A DNA stretch of 64,000 nucleotides, from assembly GCA_947626915.1 (NCBI GenBank), contig CANQUA010000008.1:135-64134 (forward strand), in the 5' to 3' direction. Made by a program: the position numbers and the translations under genes. Of the stretch, positions 58,755 through 64,000 are shown in pieces. The notes below the pieces were generated by a model. That model made no database searches, was not told the origin of the DNA, and worked only from the letters and a program-made list of their open reading frames with translations. Every line of letters begins with the position of its first letter. Position 1 is the stretch's first letter. The stretch is from an uncultured Lachnospiraceae bacterium. GTDB lineage: Bacteria; Bacillota; Clostridia; Lachnospirales; Lachnospiraceae.

Positions 58755-59681
58755 TTACACTGCCTGTTTTTGTCTCTCTTTTGCTTCGTCAAACAGCCGG
58801 CACACGGCGCCTGCCGCTTCGTATGCCGCTCTCGCCACGGTATTCTGGACCTGCCGCGGCGCTCTCTGGATGGACGGACCGACTTCGAGCGAACATTCGC
58901 CCTCATATCCGATCTCGGCCAGAACCGGGATCACGGACAGCCAGTCCACCGTACCGACGAACGGGATCACATGATGATCGCCGGTACCGTAATTGTCATT
59001 GACGTGCAGGCAGGCCAGGCGTTTCCCTACCTTCCGCAGCGCCGCCGCCTGATCCAGCCCCGTCAGGTTCGCATGACCGAAATCCCAGCAGATGCGGACC
59101 ATCGGGTCATGAAAACTGTCCACGAACTCGATCAGATCGTCGTAACGGGCCGTGAACCGCATATGTACCGGCGGTTTGCCGTGCTGGATCATATTCTCAA
59201 AGCAGGTCCCTATTCCATGCCTGATCCCCAGCTCCACATAACGGTCATAATACGCGTGGTTGCCGGCCATCGACGCCTCCCTGTCATAACATAAGGGATA
59301 ATTGTCGCAGTGGGCCACCGCCCACGGCGCTCCTACCATTCCGCCTGCGATGTACGCGCGGCGCATACATTCGTCATAATGCTCCGCGTAGCCGGGCTTC
59401 TGAAAATCCGCGTCCGTTTCCCGGACGCCTCTGCGGACAAAAGGAACATGGATCTGTGAAAACTTCATCCCCAGCTTCGCAGCCGTTTCCGCGATCTCAT
59501 CCACCCGTTTCTGCCAGTCGTCCTGACAAAGGAAATACTCCGGACGGTAAATCGGAAACATGCTCAGATCCGCTCTCCTGAATCCGATCTCGTGCAGACG
59601 TCGGAGTACCTCCGTCTCCTCCAGCAGATTCGGATCTCCTGCCGCCGCCCTGAATACCCCTGTGTCTGTTCCTGCCTGCAT
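58755..59681 (-). CDS. Sugar phosphate isomerase/epimerase (xylose-isomerase-like TIM barrel)
   Basis: FENM, CWDFGH, LHVNDN, HVIPFVG. Confidence 0.85.
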   Translation of the reverse strand: MQAGTDTGVFRAAAGDPNLLEETEVLRRLHEIGFRRADLSMFPIYRPEYFLCQDDWQKRVDEIAETAAKLGMKFSQIHVPFVRRGVRETDADFQKPGYAEHYDECMRRAYIAGGMVGAPWAVAHCDNYPLCYDREASMAGNHAYYDRYVELGIRHGIGTCFENMIQHGKPPVHMRFTARYDDLIEFVDSFHDPMVRICWDFGHANLTGLDQAAALRKVGKRLACLHVNDNYGTGDHHVIPFVGTVDWLSVIPVLAEIGYEGECSLEVGPSIQRAPRQVQNTVARAAYEAAGAVCRLFDEAKERQKQAV

Positions 59682-60040
59682 CGTCTTTCCTCTCCATTCG
59701 TTTCCTCTGGTTTATGGGCCCTCAAGATGTCTCTTCTTTCTCTCCGCCAGTGTTCAAATTTCTGTTAATTTTTGTTAAATTTTGGTTAAATAGGTTCAAT
59801 CATTTTCACCGGTTAAAATGATTTTCTATTCAGCCAACTCGCCGGGGTTTGTGAAAACAGCACATCTTATGCTTATAAATTAGCACACTTTTGGGGTATT
59901 TGTCAAGAGTTATGTTTAAATATTTTTAATCATTTAGCATTTTTAACATTATCGCTGTTAAATGTTTATTTTTGTTTAATTTTAACTGTTGCATTTTTTG
60001 TTAAAAAGTGTTAAACTTAAAAAAAGGAGGCATTTTGCAC

Positions 60041-61162
60041 ATGAAAAAACCGACCATCAAAGACATCGCCGCGCGCGCGGGTGTTTCCACCGCCTGCGTT
60101 TCCATGATATTGAACAGGAAGAATCTCTCCCGCTTTTCAGAGGAGACCATTGCCAACGTCTACAGGGCCAGCCAGGAATACGGCTATACGCCCCGCAGCC
60201 AGCAGTTCCATAAGAACCCGAAGAAGCTGATTTTGATCATCTGCCCTTCGGTCATGAACCCCTACTACGCCACCCTGGTCCAGGGGATGGAGCAGGAGGC
60301 CTGGCTCCGCGGCTATATGACGCTCATTTTCACCACCTACTGGGATACGAAAGCCGAAAGCGAGGCGCTGAAGCTGGCGGAAGAACCGTTTATCGCCGGC
60401 GTGATCTTCGCCATGTTCCCCCAGCAGCCGCCCCAGGCGGAGGAGATCGCCCACCGCATCCCCATGGTAACCGTAGGCGACCGGAATATTTCGATCCAGA
60501 TCGATACGGTTGACATAAACAATTTCGAAGCGGGCCGCATGATCGCCATGCACCTGATCAGCCTCGGCCATAAACACATCGCCTATATCTCCACCACGCT
60601 GACCGCGGACCATTCCTCCCGCGTCAACCGCTGCCGGGGGCTTCAGGACGAATACCAGAACTCCTGCCCGTCAGGCTCCGTCACGATCCTCAGCGAGGAC
60701 GTTTCCTCCGACAAGGAGCGGAACGTGGTGGACGTAGAGCAGAAAGTCGGCTATTCTCTGGCCCTGCGCTGTCTGGAGGAAGCGCCCCAGGTGACGGCGA
60801 TCGTCGCGATCAACGATATGGTCGCTTACGGCGTGCGGCAGGCGCTGATCGACGCGGGCAAAAAAATACCCGACGACATCAGCCTCTGCGGATTTGACAA
60901 CATCTATCCGTCCCGTTTTCACGGGATCGAGCTGACCACCATCGAGCATTCGATCGTGGAACGCGGCCGGAACAGCGTCCGCCTGCTGGCGGAAAAACTG
61001 AACGGTCTGTCGGACGCCTGGACGTCCCAGGCCATTACCCGAGTGGAATACCAGAGCCGGCTGATCGTCGGAAATACCACCGGCATCGCCAGGGAATCCG
61101 CTCCTATTCCTCCGGATTCTCCGAAGCAGCCGGTTCCCCCGGCTCCTGACGGTAACGATTGA
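60041..61162 (+). CDS. LacI-family regulator
   Basis: TIKDIAARAGVSTACVSMILN, AINDMVA, CGFDN; AGGAGG RBS. Confidence 0.93.
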   Translation: MKKPTIKDIAARAGVSTACVSMILNRKNLSRFSEETIANVYRASQEYGYTPRSQQFHKNPKKLILIICPSVMNPYYATLVQGMEQEAWLRGYMTLIFTTYWDTKAESEALKLAEEPFIAGVIFAMFPQQPPQAEEIAHRIPMVTVGDRNISIQIDTVDINNFEAGRMIAMHLISLGHKHIAYISTTLTADHSSRVNRCRGLQDEYQNSCPSGSVTILSEDVSSDKERNVVDVEQKVGYSLALRCLEEAPQVTAIVAINDMVAYGVRQALIDAGKKIPDDISLCGFDNIYPSRFHGIELTTIEHSIVERGRNSVRLLAEKLNGLSDAWTSQAITRVEYQSRLIVGNTTGIARESAPIPPDSPKQPVPPAPDGND

Positions 61163-61748
61163 ACACCGACCGGAAAAAATAGGAACTGACAAAGGCGGCC
61201 AGGGCCATCCAGATCGGAAACAGGATCGTAATATAATAGGTCAGGACCCCAAAAACCACGTAAATGACCAGGATCGTGACCGACACATACAGATTTCCCA
61301 TGGCCGTGATGAACGCGTGCTTCACAATGGTTTTCACGCCCATATGGAAACGGGCCAGGATCGGGAACAGATAGAGAACCGTCATGGAAACGATCAGGAT
61401 CAGGCACATCAGCAGACCGAAGCTGGCAATCCGGATCGGACCGCCGACCGTCATATGCAGGCAGGCCCACAGATCCGCCGCCAGGAACGCGGCGGCCGCC
61501 AGCGTCATGAGCCATAACGCCGTGGCAGGAAGGAAATTCCGGCGGAACGCGTTCCAGAAGCTCCGCCAGACGTACCCTTCTTCGTCGTCCGTCTGCTTCA
61601 GCGTAAACTGATACAGGGCCGTTGTGGCCGCGCCCATCGTGATAACGGGCAGGGAAAACAGAAACCACAGGACTCCGATCATGCATACGTCCATGATCTT
61701 ATTCATAAAGTTCCAGAAACGATTTTCCGGATTAAACCATTGCAGCAT
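61104..61748 (-). CDS. YesL/DUF624-family membrane protein
   Basis: FSLPVITMGAATTALY motif. Confidence 0.85.
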   Translation of the reverse strand: MLQWFNPENRFWNFMNKIMDVCMIGVLWFLFSLPVITMGAATTALYQFTLKQTDDEEGYVWRSFWNAFRRNFLPATALWLMTLAAAAFLAADLWACLHMTVGGPIRIASFGLLMCLILIVSMTVLYLFPILARFHMGVKTIVKHAFITAMGNLYVSVTILVIYVVFGVLTYYITILFPIWMALAAFVSSYFFRSVFNRYRQEPGEPAASENPEE

Positions 61749-61900
61749 AAAGGCCCCTCCTCCGTGGATTTATCGCAGACCGCCTGCTTTCCGGACAGCC
61801 GCAGAACCGGTTCCCGGCCGCGATCCGCAGGCATGCTTCAGCCGAAGCGCAAACGTTCTACCTGGATTATATCACAAATCAGAAATGTGGGGGATATTTT

Positions 61901-62560
61901 ATGAAATTTTTACATAACTTTCGTCAAAAATTTGCAGAGGACCGCCAAACACTTAAATCTCTGCCTTTTCGTCAGAAGATTCGCTTCGTGATCGATTATT
62001 ACAAAGGCTACGCGTTCCTGTTCCTGTGCCTGTGTCTGGCCCTGTTCTATATCGGGGACGCCGTCCTGGAGATGCGCCGGGAAACCGTTCTGGAAGGATT
62101 TTTCTCCAACGACGACGAAAACGCCTTTCCGGCCGGAAAGATCACGAAAGAGTTCTCGCCTCTGCTCGGCCTCTCGCCCATGCAGCAGGTGATCTTTGAC
62201 GACAGCCTCTACGTGATCCCCGATTCCTCGGCAGACTACAACACGGCCAGCCAGGGAAAAATCGTGGCCTACGTATCGGCCAGAGAACTGGATTTTCTGG
62301 TAACGACAAAGGATCTGATGGAGTCCTATGTGCCCAGCTTCCCCATCTGCGACCTGGACGGACTGCTGCCGGAGGACCTGCGCGCGCGGCTGGAGGGACA
62401 AATCTACTACGCCGCGGACGGCTCCGGAACCTATAAGGCCTGCGCGGTTTCCATGCAGAATTCGCGGTTCCGAAGCTCCCATTATCTTATGGTATTTTCC
62501 TACACAACGCATCGGGAAAACATGGTGAAATTCCTGCGCTGGGCCTTTGAAACAGAGTGA
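61901..62560 (+). CDS. Hypothetical membrane-anchored protein
   Basis: KIRFVIDYYK then one TM; 219-aa ORF with plausible codon use. Confidence 0.7.
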   Translation: MKFLHNFRQKFAEDRQTLKSLPFRQKIRFVIDYYKGYAFLFLCLCLALFYIGDAVLEMRRETVLEGFFSNDDENAFPAGKITKEFSPLLGLSPMQQVIFDDSLYVIPDSSADYNTASQGKIVAYVSARELDFLVTTKDLMESYVPSFPICDLDGLLPEDLRARLEGQIYYAADGSGTYKACAVSMQNSRFRSSHYLMVFSYTTHRENMVKFLRWAFETE

Positions 62561-62710
62561 GGCGCGTTCCGGAGCATGAAACGCGCTGCACAAATTTATA
62601 CGCGGACGCCGCGGCTGCCGGAGTCGATTTCCGGCAGCCGCGGCGTTTCTCTCTTCCGCCAGGGAAGCAAACCATTCCCAGAAGCACATCCGTTCCCGGA
62701 GAGCAGGACG

Positions 62711-63994
62711 TTACGGTTCCAGCGGCACGATGCAGAACCGGTCCTCCGGCGCGGCGTCGGGGCCGGCAAGCGGGTTCAGAAAGAGCAGCGCGTCGGCCTC
62801 AGCGGGGTCGATGATGCGGCTGAGGGAATAGAAAAGCGTAAGCGGTTCCTCCTCTCCCTCCGCATAAGTCACCCGTCCGCCGTCGGTAATATAAGGAAGC
62901 ATGGTCCCGTCTTTCAGACGGATTCCGCTGACCTTCAGGTTCATTTCTTCCCTCGCTTCCTCCGATTCCGGCGTCCGGAAGGACAGATGCGCTTTCACGG
63001 ACACGGGCGTCAGCTCCGCCCGGCAAAGCACGGCTCCGCTGTCCCCGATCTCCGCGTCTGAACGGCAGATCCTGGCTTCAGCGCTGCCGGTCAGCGGAAG
63101 CGTAAATTCCCAGACGCCCGTCCGATCCGGCGTATAGGCCGCGCGGCCGACGGTTCCCAGGTTTTCAAAACGGACATGGAGCGTCTGATCCGCCAGACTG
63201 CCGCCGGACACCGGGAACAGATACAGCACATATTCCAGCGTCCCGTTTTCGTCCGCATAACGTTCCATCGTCCGGCCGTCCGGCGTATGCTTTAACGGCG
63301 TCCCGTCGTCATAGACCGGGGATCCGCCGGCGTCCATGACGATCCCGTCGTAAAACCCGAAGTTCGCGTTGACCTGTCCGCTTTCGGCCTCCGGATCGTC
63401 GCCCAGATAAAGCGTCACTTCCTCAAAATCCGGCTGCTCCCCTTCCACCGGCACATAACCGTCCACCGAAAAGGAAATCCACGCACAGTCATCCGTCATG
63501 ACCGCCATCTGCGGACGGACCGTCACTCCCCCGTCGGTCACGGCCGCAAATTCCTGCGCCGTCCCGTCTCCTGTCAGGCGGGCTTCTTCTCCGTCAGAAC
63601 CGCCGTTCCAGGCAACGGCCATGCCGCTTTCCTCCAGCATCCTCTGCTGCTTCGGCGACCCCTGCAGCTCCCCGCTCATCGACCGGCTCCATTGTCCGTA
63701 TACCGCCGCCGCCGCGGTAAACACCCCCGCAGCCAGCAGGGCGGCGCAGGCAGCCGCAGCCGCGGTCTTCCTCACGCGCCCGTTCCTGTGCGCAGACGGG
63801 AAACGCACAATCTTCCCGGTCTGCCGCACCTGCAAAAAAGCCGCGTCCATTTTCTTCCGGACGATTTCCGGTACTTCCAGTTCTTCCCCGAAAACAGGAA
63901 ATTCCCGGCTGTCCGCAGCCGCTCCTCTCTCCGCGCCGAATTCCCAATCTTCCACTACAAAGTCCCTCTCTGTATTAAACTTCTGATCCTTCAT
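62711..63994 (-). CDS. DUF4179-like membrane-anchored protein (possible anti-sigma factor)
   Basis: Cytoplasmic N-terminus, TM AAAACAALLAAG, acidic extracellular part. Confidence 0.65.
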   Translation of the reverse strand: MKDQKFNTERDFVVEDWEFGAERGAAADSREFPVFGEELEVPEIVRKKMDAAFLQVRQTGKIVRFPSAHRNGRVRKTAAAAACAALLAAGVFTAAAAVYGQWSRSMSGELQGSPKQQRMLEESGMAVAWNGGSDGEEARLTGDGTAQEFAAVTDGGVTVRPQMAVMTDDCAWISFSVDGYVPVEGEQPDFEEVTLYLGDDPEAESGQVNANFGFYDGIVMDAGGSPVYDDGTPLKHTPDGRTMERYADENGTLEYVLYLFPVSGGSLADQTLHVRFENLGTVGRAAYTPDRTGVWEFTLPLTGSAEARICRSDAEIGDSGAVLCRAELTPVSVKAHLSFRTPESEEAREEMNLKVSGIRLKDGTMLPYITDGGRVTYAEGEEEPLTLFYSLSRIIDPAEADALLFLNPLAGPDAAPEDRFCIVPLEP

Positions 63995-64000
63995 AAATAA

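Noticed and set aside
1-64000. rRNA or tRNA genes
   Set aside because: No recognisable rRNA segments or tRNA cloverleafs were found by eye

Overview
Chromosomal segment of a fairly GC-rich, spore-forming Clostridia (Lachnospiraceae-like) genome. The main result is that the spore-coat gene cotJC, third gene of a minus-strand cotJA-cotJB-cotJC operon, is cut into at least three pieces by two separate large-serine-recombinase (LSR) elements. Piece A (codons 1-64) lies at 12969-12778 and piece B (74 codons) at 6858-6637. Piece C is not in the window and is predicted to lie left of base 1. The element between A and B is 5,928 bp, bounded by a 10-bp direct repeat (CTTCCGTACC at 6849 and 12777) and inverted-repeat arms, and its excision restores the frame (DVGTE|ELAH). 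Each LSR is preceded by a small ORF (candidate directionality factor) and a sigmaE/sigmaK-like promoter, as in skin-type developmental rearrangements. The rest of the window holds sporulation and housekeeping genes (spoIID, spoIIQ-like, glgP, T-box-ileS, deoB, glpP), an XRE/ImmA-IrrE/Y-polymerase/YolD/macrodomain cassette with four palindromic operators, a large polysaccharide-utilisation locus (GH32, two ABC sets, NHL/Yip1/DUF5696-like) and a phosphodiester-uptake-like locus. Product calls come from motif recognition only; no database searches were run.
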